A DNA stretch of 64,000 bases from Candidatus Saliniplasma sp. (GTDB taxonomy: Archaea; Thermoplasmatota; Thermoplasmata; Halarchaeoplasmatales; Halarchaeoplasmataceae). Below, piece after piece: positions 28,004 through 37,347 of this stretch. The translations under genes and the position numbers were made by a program. Position 1 is the first letter of the stretch, and each line of letters opens with the position of its first letter. A model generated the notes under the pieces. That model saw nothing but the letters and a program-made list of their open reading frames with translations, was not told the DNA's origin and did no database searches. The stretch covers positions 17,772 through 81,771 of the forward strand of contig JAWOGF010000050.1 of the NCBI GenBank assembly GCA_046497075.1, in the 5' to 3' direction.

Positions 28004-29782
28004 TCAATCCAAATCCTCAGTTGATAATACTTCCATCTCTCTTTCTAAGATACTTATCTGCCTTTCTTTCAGTGCGGATGGGCTCACGGTTATCAAAAGC
28101 AAAGAGTCTGTTTCCGATATGATGTCTATCATATGTCTGAGGAACTGGATAGTTGCATCAAAACCCGTATTACTTATCAAATATTCAATACCGTCTAGCA
28201 AAATGACCTTCCCTTCATCTATTATCTCTTCAAGTCTGTATGTTATACTCTCTAGGTTGGGACGAATTGTTTCTAGATTTTCGCTGTCTCTACCGGTCAA
28301 CCAGTACATCTCTGCTCCATCAAGGGAATATTCTTTAAGTATCCTATTGGGATTTAGACGGGAGATGATATAGATCTGATTCTCTTTGCGCAGTAGATCT
28401 TCTAACATCCTAAATCCTTTATCGGGACGTTCTTCCTCTATTATATAACTGATTCCGGGCTCGAGTTCATTAGTTATATCAGCTTTAGGTCCCTCTTCCT
28501 CACTTTCGATTTTGTTTCGAAAACTCTTTTTAACAGTCTCCAACGTGATCTCTTCGTTTAAGAGAGAGGAAAAAGCCAATAATCGGTTGATAGCTCCTTC
28601 GATCTCTCTTACATTTTTAGTGATATGGGTGGCTAAGAATTCTTTTACATCTACAGGCACATCCACTCCTTTTTGTTCAATTTTCCGTTCTATGATTTTT
28701 AATCTATTTTCATAGGGGGGAGGGTCGATACTGATAACAAGTCCTGATTTAAACCTAGATACTAATCTTTCTTTAATATCTGGGATCTCCTCCGGAGGTC
28801 TATCACACGTAAATATTATCTGTCGGCCTTCTGTAGTGAGATGATTGAACAGGTAGAATATTATCTCTTGATGTTTCTCTCTACCAGCTAAGAATTGGAT
28901 ATCATCAAGGAGCAGTAAATCAGTATCATAATATTTCTCTCTCACGTCCTTAGAGGTCTCATCTTTTAAGCTCTGTATCAGATCTGCAGTACAGTTTTCC
29001 GTCGTGGAATATACGACATCCAACTCCGGATGATTCTTCCTTGTATAATGTCCGATTGCCTTTAGAAGATGTGTCTTACCCATGCCTGAACCGCTTGTCA
29101 GTACTAAGGGATTGAAGGATCTTCCAACACCCCGAGCTACTTCTCTTGATGCGACATAAGCTAATTTATTATTCTCCCCTACTACAAAATTATCAAAGGT
29201 ATATCTCTCTGGAAATATACTGTCCTCTATTTTTTTCCCCTGCCTTTCTTTTATGATCATATCGTAAACTTCGAGTTCTTTCTCATCCATATCATCACGA
29301 GTTATCTGTTCTTCGATTTCTTTTGATTCAGCAGATATCTCCTCCTCGGTCTCCTCGGAAACCGTTTCCTGCAGACTTTTTGTCTCGTCCCCAACCTGTT
29401 CTAGCATCTCGATTACATCTTCCTCAAAATCGGGAGTCTGTTCAGAGATATTTTCATCGAGTTGGCCGCCTACATCTTTGATCAGTTTGTCGATGTCTAC
29501 CTTTGTATGAACCTCAAGATAAAGTTCCTCTTTATCATCTAAACTTAGTATCTTTTTGTACGCATCCTCACCGGATATCTCCATATCTGATGGGGTATAT
29601 AGAAGAGCATTTTTTGGTGTTCCATCTTTCAATGTGATATAACCCTCAAGCTCTTCGTCCACGGTTACCCGAATATAACCACGGAATGAATACTTTTCGA
29701 GCTTTTCTAGGGTCTTAGAAAGTTTTCCAGGACCTTTTTTATCCTGTATCTTTAATCCTTCGGGGAACTTTTTTCTTGACAA
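28004..29782 (-). CDS. DUF2226/PATAN-like + DnaA-type AAA+ ATPase + DUF835 fusion protein
   Basis: aa ~190-425: YTFDNFVVGENN, FNPL..SGSGMGKTHLL, LLLLDDIQFLAG, CDRPP, ERLVSRF, NVREIEGAINRL (DnaA domain III). aa ~1-105: FRGYIRVT...GYI.LKDG (DUF2226-like). aa ~440-590: PGISYIIEE, ISRLNP, YWLT, ILLDGIEYLISNTGF...ILEREM (DUF835). Confidence 0.85.
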   Translation of the reverse strand: MSRKKFPEGLKIQDKKGPGKLSKTLEKLEKYSFRGYIRVTVDEELEGYITLKDGTPKNALLYTPSDMEISGEDAYKKILSLDDKEELYLEVHTKVDIDKLIKDVGGQLDENISEQTPDFEEDVIEMLEQVGDETKSLQETVSEETEEEISAESKEIEEQITRDDMDEKELEVYDMIIKERQGKKIEDSIFPERYTFDNFVVGENNKLAYVASREVARGVGRSFNPLVLTSGSGMGKTHLLKAIGHYTRKNHPELDVVYSTTENCTADLIQSLKDETSKDVREKYYDTDLLLLDDIQFLAGREKHQEIIFYLFNHLTTEGRQIIFTCDRPPEEIPDIKERLVSRFKSGLVISIDPPPYENRLKIIERKIEQKGVDVPVDVKEFLATHITKNVREIEGAINRLLAFSSLLNEEITLETVKKSFRNKIESEEEGPKADITNELEPGISYIIEEERPDKGFRMLEDLLRKENQIYIISRLNPNRILKEYSLDGAEMYWLTGRDSENLETIRPNLESITYRLEEIIDEGKVILLDGIEYLISNTGFDATIQFLRHMIDIISETDSLLLITVSPSALKERQISILEREMEVLSTEDLD

Positions 29783-29867
29783 GGTAAGGGGCTAATCGCA
29801 AATGACTAATAAATATGTTTCCTGTAGAACCCAAAACTCTTATCCATAAAAATTAATAATGAGATAG

Positions 29868-30458
29868 ATGAGATATCTAGCTACACGCTGTCCCGAATGT
29901 ATATCAAGTTTCTACAAAAAGATCGAAAGGGGGCCTTTCGTAGATATCAAATGTCCTTATTGTGGTGAAAAATACGTCGAAAAGGTAAACGAAAACAAAG
30001 TAAAAGATGCCGATTTTTATTGGGAACTCTATATCAACCTGTATCCCCGTCTTAAAAACAGATACCACAATTATAGACTTTTGAAGGTCGGATCGATCTT
30101 CTTATCCATAGCTATACTCATCAATTCTATCAGTATTATCAAAGGAGTAATGGGCCCTGGATTTACATTAGAAAATGTTTCGGTTTTCATATCTGGTTTG
30201 ATTTTGTCAGGTATGATCTTTTTAGGCTTCGCTGTTATTGGAACTGTGAGTGTTCTTCTTAAATATTCCTACTCTATAGCTATATCTGGCGCCTTTTTCG
30301 GAGGGTTGACTTCGATACTGCTTTATATATATGGGGTCTATTCAGGGATATCGGCAGCTCCATTCAGTTTGAGCTTCAATACTATAATCGCATTTTTCCT
30401 GTCGATGATCTCCTTATTTATCATCCTACATAACCGATGGGAATTTTTAAGGAGTTGA
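29868..30458 (+). CDS. Zinc-ribbon membrane protein
   Basis: CPEC...CPYCG N-terminus followed by about 4 TM helices; divergent from the DnaA-like gene. Confidence 0.7.
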   Translation: MRYLATRCPECISSFYKKIERGPFVDIKCPYCGEKYVEKVNENKVKDADFYWELYINLYPRLKNRYHNYRLLKVGSIFLSIAILINSISIIKGVMGPGFTLENVSVFISGLILSGMIFLGFAVIGTVSVLLKYSYSIAISGAFFGGLTSILLYIYGVYSGISAAPFSLSFNTIIAFFLSMISLFIILHNRWEFLRS

Positions 30459-31430
30459 TCACCCACCGAGATATAAATAGGTAAGATAAAGAAAATATGC
30501 TGCGGTCATGATTACTCCCTCCAACCTACCAAACTTTTTACCCGTATATATGAATGCGGTCAAAGCTATGCTAACCGATATCATAATCATCATATTGGGA
30601 AATATCTCCGGAGTGAATGTTATCGGGGCAAATATAGCACATATACCCAGCACCATCAAAATATTGAAGGTGTTCGAACCGATCACATTACCGATGGAGA
30701 TATCGGACTCCCCTTTATGGGCTGCCATTGAAGAGGCGGCCAATTCAGGGAGCGAAGTAGCGATAGCGATGATGGTAAGACCGACCAAACCTTCTGAAAG
30801 TTGAAATTCATGTATGTAAAAAACTGCGGACCGTATCATCAGTTCAGCACCTATAGCGATACCTACCAACCCTATAATCAACTTTCCAATATTGATTTTC
30901 AACTCCTTCGACCTGACGCGTTTGTATTCTTCGGTTTCAAACTTCTTCTCCACAACTTCCTTCTCACCTTCAACAAAAGCCACCAAAACAAAGAACGCAA
31001 TATATGCAATTAGACCTATGAGAAGTAGGATCCCACCCAACCTATCGATGGTCATCCCGAATGAAACGACCAACAATAATGAAATAGCACCGAACATTAT
31101 CGGGATCTCCCTTTTTATCACCCCAATATTCACCGATATGGGTTTTATCAGCGAGCTGATACCCAATACTAAAAGTATATTCGCGATATTAGAACCGATC
31201 ACATTACCGATAGAGATACCAGTCCTTCCTTTGAAAACTGCGTTCAAGCTAGATGCGAGTTCTGGTAATGACGTTCCGAACGATACTAAGGTCAATCCGA
31301 TGACCAGGGCTGGAACCCCTAGATATGCCGCAGTTTTACTGCCGCCTTCTACCAGATAATCTGCCCCTTTGATAAGTATGACTACACCTATAGCTAAAAT
31401 CACCGTCCATCCTATCAGATTTACTGCCAT
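30459..31430 (-). CDS. Ca2+/Na+ antiporter (YrbG/CaCA family)
   Basis: Two alpha-repeats: GTSLPEL...GNVIGSNIAN and ATSLPEL...GNVIGSNTFN. Confidence 0.95.
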   Translation of the reverse strand: MAVNLIGWTVILAIGVVILIKGADYLVEGGSKTAAYLGVPALVIGLTLVSFGTSLPELASSLNAVFKGRTGISIGNVIGSNIANILLVLGISSLIKPISVNIGVIKREIPIMFGAISLLLVVSFGMTIDRLGGILLLIGLIAYIAFFVLVAFVEGEKEVVEKKFETEEYKRVRSKELKINIGKLIIGLVGIAIGAELMIRSAVFYIHEFQLSEGLVGLTIIAIATSLPELAASSMAAHKGESDISIGNVIGSNTFNILMVLGICAIFAPITFTPEIFPNMMIMISVSIALTAFIYTGKKFGRLEGVIMTAAYFLYLTYLYLGG

Positions 31431-31518
31431 TTCCCATAGATATATGTAGTTTTATTAATAATTGACCGACAACGTAATGAATAAATTATATGTACCGGAA
31501 TAGGTTAGTAATTGATTA

Positions 31519-32703
31519 ATGCAGCAGATGGATGTAAAAAAGGTAGACGGGAATCTCACCCTGCTGGGTGTTGATTATCTCGGCGATGAAGATATCGAAA
31601 AGAATGTATTCGAATTCATCGAAGAAAAGAAGCCTGATAAGGTCGGTATAGCCATCTGTGAAACTAGATTCGAGACTCTAAAAGGGGATGGGAGTTGGAA
31701 AGAAAAACCATTATTACCTACCTATAAAAAAGGAAAAATCGGTCCACTGATCTACCAAACATTCGTGGATTCGATCAATGAGAATCTAAGACAGTTTAAA
31801 AATATCGAACCAGAGATACACGTGGCTCGACTGGTACCTTTTATGGATAAACTAAATACTGATGTAGAGTTCATAGATAGGGATATAACGCTCACTCTTG
31901 GAACAGCTTATCAAAACATGTCTATTTTTGAAAAGCTAAAGATGGTCAAGTACCTAAAGTCTACTATGCTGAGCTTTTCTGGTAAAAAAAAGAGTGACTC
32001 AGTGGACAATATAAAACATCATGACGATCTTGTTGAAGGGGTTTTAGAAAAATTAGAGATGTTCGCACCCTCCGTAGCTAATAAAGCAAGGAAAGAAAGA
32101 AAGGAATATATGGCAAAGATGTTATACGGGTTCAGTAAAAGTGGAACTGTTGTCGCTGTGTTACCAAAAAGTAAGATATATGACGTCTTTAAAGAAGTTA
32201 ACCGATTAAAGATGGAAGAACGGTTTAAAGGTGAAAGTTCAAGTGTTAAACACCTAGAAAATATCGGTAAAAAGGTATATTCTAAAGTAATACGTTACGC
32301 TTCCTCTATTTTCTTCATAGCCCTTGCGATATACCTATTCCTTTTTTCTGACGTTTTAAACATATGGCGTGCTTGGCTCTACTGGTTCTTAGCGGTGGGA
32401 GGTATGTCCGCATTAGGATCCGCATTAGTAAAAGGACATCCATTCTCGATAATCATCTCATTTCTGTTAGCACCATTTATGTCTCTAACGTTGCATGGTC
32501 CCGGTTGGATAGCCGGCTATGTAGAACTGAAGGTCAGGAACCCCACTATGGCTGACGTTAAGAACCTGACCGCTTGTAGGAACGCCTCGGAGTTTTTATC
32601 AAATAACGTGATAAAAGTTTTCCTTGTAGGAACTTTTTCCAATATATTCACGTGGTTAGGGCTCTTTATCATACTCCCTTTATTGATCAGATTCGCCGGA
32701 TAG
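31519..32703 (+). CDS. TraB/PrgY (Tiki-like) family membrane protein, apparently catalytically degenerate
   Basis: IDRDITLTL, ER.EYMA and the C-terminal TM block GHP.SII..FL.AP.SL...GPGWIAGYVE...P are TraB-like, but the metal-ligand motifs are altered. Confidence 0.75.
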   Translation: MQQMDVKKVDGNLTLLGVDYLGDEDIEKNVFEFIEEKKPDKVGIAICETRFETLKGDGSWKEKPLLPTYKKGKIGPLIYQTFVDSINENLRQFKNIEPEIHVARLVPFMDKLNTDVEFIDRDITLTLGTAYQNMSIFEKLKMVKYLKSTMLSFSGKKKSDSVDNIKHHDDLVEGVLEKLEMFAPSVANKARKERKEYMAKMLYGFSKSGTVVAVLPKSKIYDVFKEVNRLKMEERFKGESSSVKHLENIGKKVYSKVIRYASSIFFIALAIYLFLFSDVLNIWRAWLYWFLAVGGMSALGSALVKGHPFSIIISFLLAPFMSLTLHGPGWIAGYVELKVRNPTMADVKNLTACRNASEFLSNNVIKVFLVGTFSNIFTWLGLFIILPLLIRFAG

Positions 32704-32746
32704 TGGAAAAAAATATATCACCCTCTATTCATAATGCCAGCATCAG

Positions 32747-33598
32747 ATGAGTCATAAAGAATACTTTAAACGGGTTTTCGAAGGAATCCTGATGGGGATG
32801 GCAAACATCATCCCTGGCGTGTCCGGTGGTACCATGGCACTGGTCACAGGCATATACGATAGGCTGATACATTCCATAAACACCATCCCTATTGATGCGC
32901 CGATGATCTTATTGAAAGGAGATTTTCAAAAGTTTCGAAAAAAACTTCGTGAGATTGATTATCGTTTCCTGATACCCCTGATCTTTGGTATCCTTATAGG
33001 TTCTTTATTATTAGCAAGGGCTATAGAATACCTCCTTGATTCACTCCCGGCAGCTACCTATTCCTTTTTCTTCGGTCTCATACTTGCCGGACTGGGTGTG
33101 ATCTACAAATATATAGAGAAAATCGATCTGAAAACAATATTATGGGGTGTTGGAGGGTTTCTATTCGCATTCCTTATCGTAGGCCTACCTACATTCCAGA
33201 CGGACCCCAGCCTTCCCATCGTATTTATTGCAGGATTTTTTGCCATCATCTCTATGATTTTACCTGGAATATCCGGTGCTTTCATACTTATCTTCCTCCA
33301 GCAGTACGATTATATGCTGCATGCACTCAACGATTTCGATATACCCGTGATACTGACCTTCATCATCGGCGGAACAGTAGGTCTATTTGGATTTTCCAGA
33401 CTACTCGACTTTCTGTTAAAGAATCATAAATCCGTGATGATGGCGTTCCTCTTCGGACTGATGGTTGGGGGACTGAGAGCACCCGGCCTAGAGATCGCCG
33501 CCATATCCCCGCCTCTTTATGAAATCATATTGCCAGCACTGGTGGGTTCAATTTTGGTGATACTTCTAGAATATAGATACGTTGTGTCTGAAAATTGA
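32747..33598 (+). CDS. DUF368 family membrane protein (polyprenyl-phosphate translocase family)
   Basis: GxxMGMANIIPGVSGGTMA..GIYD and AIISMILPGISG repeats. Confidence 0.9.
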   Translation: MSHKEYFKRVFEGILMGMANIIPGVSGGTMALVTGIYDRLIHSINTIPIDAPMILLKGDFQKFRKKLREIDYRFLIPLIFGILIGSLLLARAIEYLLDSLPAATYSFFFGLILAGLGVIYKYIEKIDLKTILWGVGGFLFAFLIVGLPTFQTDPSLPIVFIAGFFAIISMILPGISGAFILIFLQQYDYMLHALNDFDIPVILTFIIGGTVGLFGFSRLLDFLLKNHKSVMMAFLFGLMVGGLRAPGLEIAAISPPLYEIILPALVGSILVILLEYRYVVSEN

Positions 33599-33617
33599 AA
33601 AATCTTGTTATGAAAAT

Positions 33618-34277
33618 TCATATCTTTTTGAAACCCCGGCGAGCGTATCCAAGGATCGCCCTCCTGATATAGAAGAACGTTTGAACAAAAGTCCTATCCT
33701 CTCCACCGGCATCTACATTACCTTTTTCGATCTCTGATACAACATCATCCCATGACTCTATATTTTCAAATATCCCGTAAGCCTTGCCAACGGATTTGAG
33801 TCTATGGGCGTCACTACCACCTATTATAGGCAATCCCAACTTTTTAGCCGCTTTTCTAGCCTTTATATTTTTCCCGTACCAGCTTCTACCGTTGATACCT
33901 TCGATAGCGGTCCAATCGTTTGAAAATAGATTCTCCTCCCCCATCCCAGACCAGTATCGATAGGGATGTGGGGCTGCTGCTATGGCTCCCTGAGCTTGTA
34001 TCTCATCTATGGCTTCAGCGATGGTGGGTTGTTTACCGATCTCTTCCTGTATCCCTATAGCCATCACGTGCCCCTGTTCAGTACTAACTTCTATCCCAGG
34101 GACTACTATAAGAGAGGTTTCTTCGTCCTTTATACTCCTGTAGCCCTCTAAAGTATTGTGATCCATGATTGCTAACCCATCCAGGTCTGTCTTCTCAGCT
34201 TTCTTTAAAATATCCCTAGGTTTACCATTGGAATCGCCGGAGTAAGTGGAATGTACGTGCAGGTCGATCTTCATCAA
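33618..34277 (-). CDS. PHP-domain metallophosphoesterase
   Basis: DLHVHS, DHN, PGIEVS..GH, HP, GGSDAH. Confidence 0.92.
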   Translation of the reverse strand: MMKIDLHVHSTYSGDSNGKPRDILKKAEKTDLDGLAIMDHNTLEGYRSIKDEETSLIVVPGIEVSTEQGHVMAIGIQEEIGKQPTIAEAIDEIQAQGAIAAAPHPYRYWSGMGEENLFSNDWTAIEGINGRSWYGKNIKARKAAKKLGLPIIGGSDAHRLKSVGKAYGIFENIESWDDVVSEIEKGNVDAGGEDRTFVQTFFYIRRAILGYARRGFKKI

Positions 34278-34840
34278 TATCCCTCGATCAAGTCCAATAT
34301 CTTTTCGGTGATCTTATCCTCTTTATTTTCAAGGATTTTATATATCTTTTCCTTTAGTTTCTCTTTATACTTTCCTTCGGCAAGAGGGACCCTAGTGGCG
34401 TAAACCATTGAATCCACTAATGGGTCTTCCCGCTGTATATATCTACCCTCACCGAACTTTTCGATGATCCGAGCGTTGACCTTGGAAACCGTGGTTTTAC
34501 CCAACTCGTCCTCTAACTCATAATCTTGGAGATCAGAGACCTCACAAAGATGAACTATAGACGCTGTTTGGGGATAATAAAATCCGGCCTTATTTTCCAT
34601 GAGGTCCTCAGCTAGCTCTTGATAGCCCGGTTCGTCATGTCCCTTCAAGGACGCTTTGTAAAATAGAGATGGATCATCTACTAAAGAAAATGTGAATCTA
34701 GGATTCTTTCGTAGATTCCTAGCTGAATCCGATGGATGATAGATATCCAATTCGATGAAACCCTCTTCTAACCGAGCACCTGCAGCCGAGGTGTTCATGT
34801 GGCTGTTCCAAGTCACCAGTATACCTTCATATCTCCTCAT
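34274..34840 (-). CDS. DUF447-like hypothetical protein
   Basis: YEGILVT...NTSAAG...IY..SDSARNL and VYATR resemble archaeal DUF447; overlaps the PHP gene. Confidence 0.55.
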   Translation of the reverse strand: MRRYEGILVTWNSHMNTSAAGARLEEGFIELDIYHPSDSARNLRKNPRFTFSLVDDPSLFYKASLKGHDEPGYQELAEDLMENKAGFYYPQTASIVHLCEVSDLQDYELEDELGKTTVSKVNARIIEKFGEGRYIQREDPLVDSMVYATRVPLAEGKYKEKLKEKIYKILENKEDKITEKILDLIEGY

Positions 34841-34849
34841 GATCAGTTT

Positions 34850-35278
34850 TCACGCAACCTCCATACCCCTCTGAGGTTTCTCTTTCTTACCTTTTTTTGG
34901 CACATTCACCTTTGGCATAGGTATAGGAGGGGGAAGCTGTACTTCTCTAGCGATCAGAACCGACTTAGGTATACAATTTTGGATCACAGCAGAATGGACT
35001 GTGTTGGCTATCTCGTTAGGCATCTCATTGTCCTTTCTCCACTTCGAGGCTAAATCAGAGGGGGCATCCTTGATCTTCAGCCTTCCTTCCAGCTCGATCC
35101 TGCCGAGACTTTTGTAATTGGCCGTGAACCTAAAGTAAATGTCGAATGAATCTTTTGTGATCTGCTTGATCTTTGTGACCGAACTGTTGTGATCTATTCT
35201 CACATTTTTCTTCCCTTTGCTATTACTAGAGAACCGTTCAGCGTCGATAGATTTGATCTCAAACTTGGTGATTGACAT
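34850..35278 (-). CDS. Conserved archaeal hypothetical protein, possibly SecB-like fold
   Basis: Beta-rich N-half (IDAERF...IDHNSSV...FRFTANY..LGRIELEG), then helices and the Pro-rich LPPPIPMP. ATG 35278 preferred over the longer ORF. Confidence 0.65.
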   Translation of the reverse strand: MSITKFEIKSIDAERFSSNSKGKKNVRIDHNSSVTKIKQITKDSFDIYFRFTANYKSLGRIELEGRLKIKDAPSDLASKWRKDNEMPNEIANTVHSAVIQNCIPKSVLIAREVQLPPPIPMPKVNVPKKGKKEKPQRGMEVA

Positions 35279-35355
35279 GAGGTGTAATATTCTTTGGTGA
35301 TTTAATAATCTTTCCATCCAACAAGTCCCACTGGGTTTTGAATAAGAGTATATTC

Positions 35356-35391
35356 GGATATAGGCAAGAATATAGATAAGAATATAGGCAA
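35356..35391. promoter_or_regulatory. Three 12-bp tandem direct repeats in a divergent promoter
   Basis: GGATATAGGCAA / GAATATAGATAA / GAATATAGGCAA read directly. Confidence 0.55.
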
Positions 35392-35453
35392 AATCTTTAT
35401 AATCTCCCAACCTGATTGTGATATACCTAATTTGTTTAAAAGTCGTGGTTATT

Positions 35454-35810
35454 ATGGCAACGAATACGATAGAGAGGTTATTAAACAAGGTCAAGAAGGA
35501 CCTTGACGTGGATGAGATTACTTTGATTTCCAGAAGTGGTATGCATATAGGAGGAGATGTTCCAGAAAATGCTCATCTCGAAACTTTTGTGGCCATGTCT
35601 GCAATCCTCCTTGGATCCGCTGAAACTGCTACCTCCGAATTGGATGAAGAACTCTCACACGTTGTGGTTGAGTTAAAAAAGTCTCGGGTCCTAGTTATGA
35701 ACGATGGGCCTTCAGCTTTATTAGCGATCAAGATGCCCAAAGACTCAGATATGGATAAAATTTTACAAGGGTTGGAAGAACCGATAGAAGAACTTAAAGA
35801 TCTGCTATAG
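35454..35810 (+). CDS. Roadblock/LC7 (MglB-like) domain protein
   Basis: LISRSGMHI, ETFVAMSAILLGSAETATSEL, then beta strands; about 118 aa. Confidence 0.88.
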   Translation: MATNTIERLLNKVKKDLDVDEITLISRSGMHIGGDVPENAHLETFVAMSAILLGSAETATSELDEELSHVVVELKKSRVLVMNDGPSALLAIKMPKDSDMDKILQGLEEPIEELKDLL

Positions 35811-35821
35811 GGTTGAGAATA

Positions 35822-37300
35822 ATGTCTAAAGCTTTTATCAATTGTAATGTAATCCCTTTAGCTAGTCGTTCCGAAAAATATCATGGATTTTTAGTCGAAG
35901 ACGGGTATATTTCATGCATAGAAGACTATGATAGGATAATGAAAGAAAGCGAAAAAAAGGTCAATTTAAAAGGCTACACGGTCCTTCCTGGTTTTATAGA
36001 TTCTCACGTTCACTTGATGCAGGAAGGGATCAAAGAGGATAGATTAGATCTCTCGGATACGGACAGTTTCGAAGAGGCGAAGTTCTATCTCGAAAAGGAA
36101 TTAGAAAAAAAAGATGGATGGATAATAGGAGTTGATTTTGACGACACAAAGTGGAAAAAATCAAATTATCCGTCTAAACAGGATTTAGACGAAATAAGTG
36201 ACACGCATCCTATAGTCGTGACTAGAGTGTGTGGACATCTCGCCGTTGCAAATTCCAAGGCCCTCGAGCTGATCGATGATGACTGGGAAAAAGTGGATAG
36301 GGATTCTGGAATCTTAAAAGAGGAAGCGGTGTGGAATCTAGATGAAGTGATAGGAGTAGACAAAGAAAAAAGGAAGGCCGCTATCAAGAAGGGTATCAAA
36401 TCTGCCCATGAACTGGGAGTCACAAGTGTTCACGAGATTGTCGATAGAGAGGGGTGGGAAGCCTATGTTGAATTGGATGAAGAGTCGGATCTGAAATTAA
36501 GGACAAGGTGTTATTTGCACTATGACGATGTAGGGGACCTAGAACCTGAGGACAAAAGTGAGTATCTTTCATTGAGAGGTATCAAAATCTTCGCAGATGG
36601 GTCACTTGGAGGACGGACCGCGGCACTTTGGGAAGAATATACCGATGACCCAGGGAACAAAGGCATGTTGCTGCATCAAAAGGAAGAGCTTGATAAGATC
36701 ATAGTTGATGCTGAAAACAAGGGTTTTCAATGTATGATACACGCCATAGGGGATAGAGCTATAGATACGGTATTAGATTCCTATTCGGACTCGACTGAGA
36801 AAACTGACGAATTACGGCATAGGATAGAACATGCTGAGATGCTTTTGGATGAAAACATCAAAAGAGTTCGAGAACTGGGATTGATGCTTTCAATACAACC
36901 AAATTTTGCCTATAATTGGTCACAACCCGGCGGTATGAATGAGAGAAGACTCGGTGAAGAAAGGTTGAAGAAAACAGATCCATTATGGAACATACAGCGT
37001 GCCTTGGTCAAGATGGCTTTCGGTTCAGATAATATGCCGATGTCACCTCTTTTTGGAGTTTACTGTGCTACAAACCATCCTTTATTAGAACAAAGGATAT
37101 CCACATATAATGCACTTCAGAGCTATATAACAAATGGTGCCTACATAGGGAGGGATGAGGAAGAATTTGGAGAAATTCAAGAGGGTAAGAAAGCGGACTT
37201 CGTTGTTCTATCGGAGAATCCTCTAGAAGTCGAGGATATCAAAGATATAGAAGTCAAGATGACTGTTGTGAACGGGGAGATAGTTTATGACGATCTGTAA
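35822..37300 (+). CDS. YtcJ-like amidohydrolase
   Basis: LPGFIDSHVH, RVCGH, KIFADGSLGGRTA, HAIGD, HRIEHA, GSD, GKKADFVVL. Confidence 0.92.
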   Translation: MSKAFINCNVIPLASRSEKYHGFLVEDGYISCIEDYDRIMKESEKKVNLKGYTVLPGFIDSHVHLMQEGIKEDRLDLSDTDSFEEAKFYLEKELEKKDGWIIGVDFDDTKWKKSNYPSKQDLDEISDTHPIVVTRVCGHLAVANSKALELIDDDWEKVDRDSGILKEEAVWNLDEVIGVDKEKRKAAIKKGIKSAHELGVTSVHEIVDREGWEAYVELDEESDLKLRTRCYLHYDDVGDLEPEDKSEYLSLRGIKIFADGSLGGRTAALWEEYTDDPGNKGMLLHQKEELDKIIVDAENKGFQCMIHAIGDRAIDTVLDSYSDSTEKTDELRHRIEHAEMLLDENIKRVRELGLMLSIQPNFAYNWSQPGGMNERRLGEERLKKTDPLWNIQRALVKMAFGSDNMPMSPLFGVYCATNHPLLEQRISTYNALQSYITNGAYIGRDEEEFGEIQEGKKADFVVLSENPLEVEDIKDIEVKMTVVNGEIVYDDL

Positions 37301-37347
37301 AATCGATTATATTATATATTCGGAACCTGTTTAGAAAGGTTGATAAC

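Noticed and set aside
28004..29782. Calling the gene dnaA, or treating the contig as bacterial
   Set aside because: Domains I and IV are absent, there is no dnaN/gyrB context, and the flanking genes are archaeal.
29840..29848. DnaA-box-like TTATCCATA upstream of the DnaA-like gene (and a perfect TTATCCACA inside glyA)
   Set aside because: Isolated hits are expected by chance in AT-rich DNA. There is no box cluster, and the protein lacks the domain IV that reads DnaA boxes.
35279..35494. N-terminal extension of the 214-aa ORF (likewise the extensions at 27035-27127 and 42617-42712)
   Set aside because: The extensions run through promoter DNA or overlap divergent genes; internal ATGs give more plausible starts.
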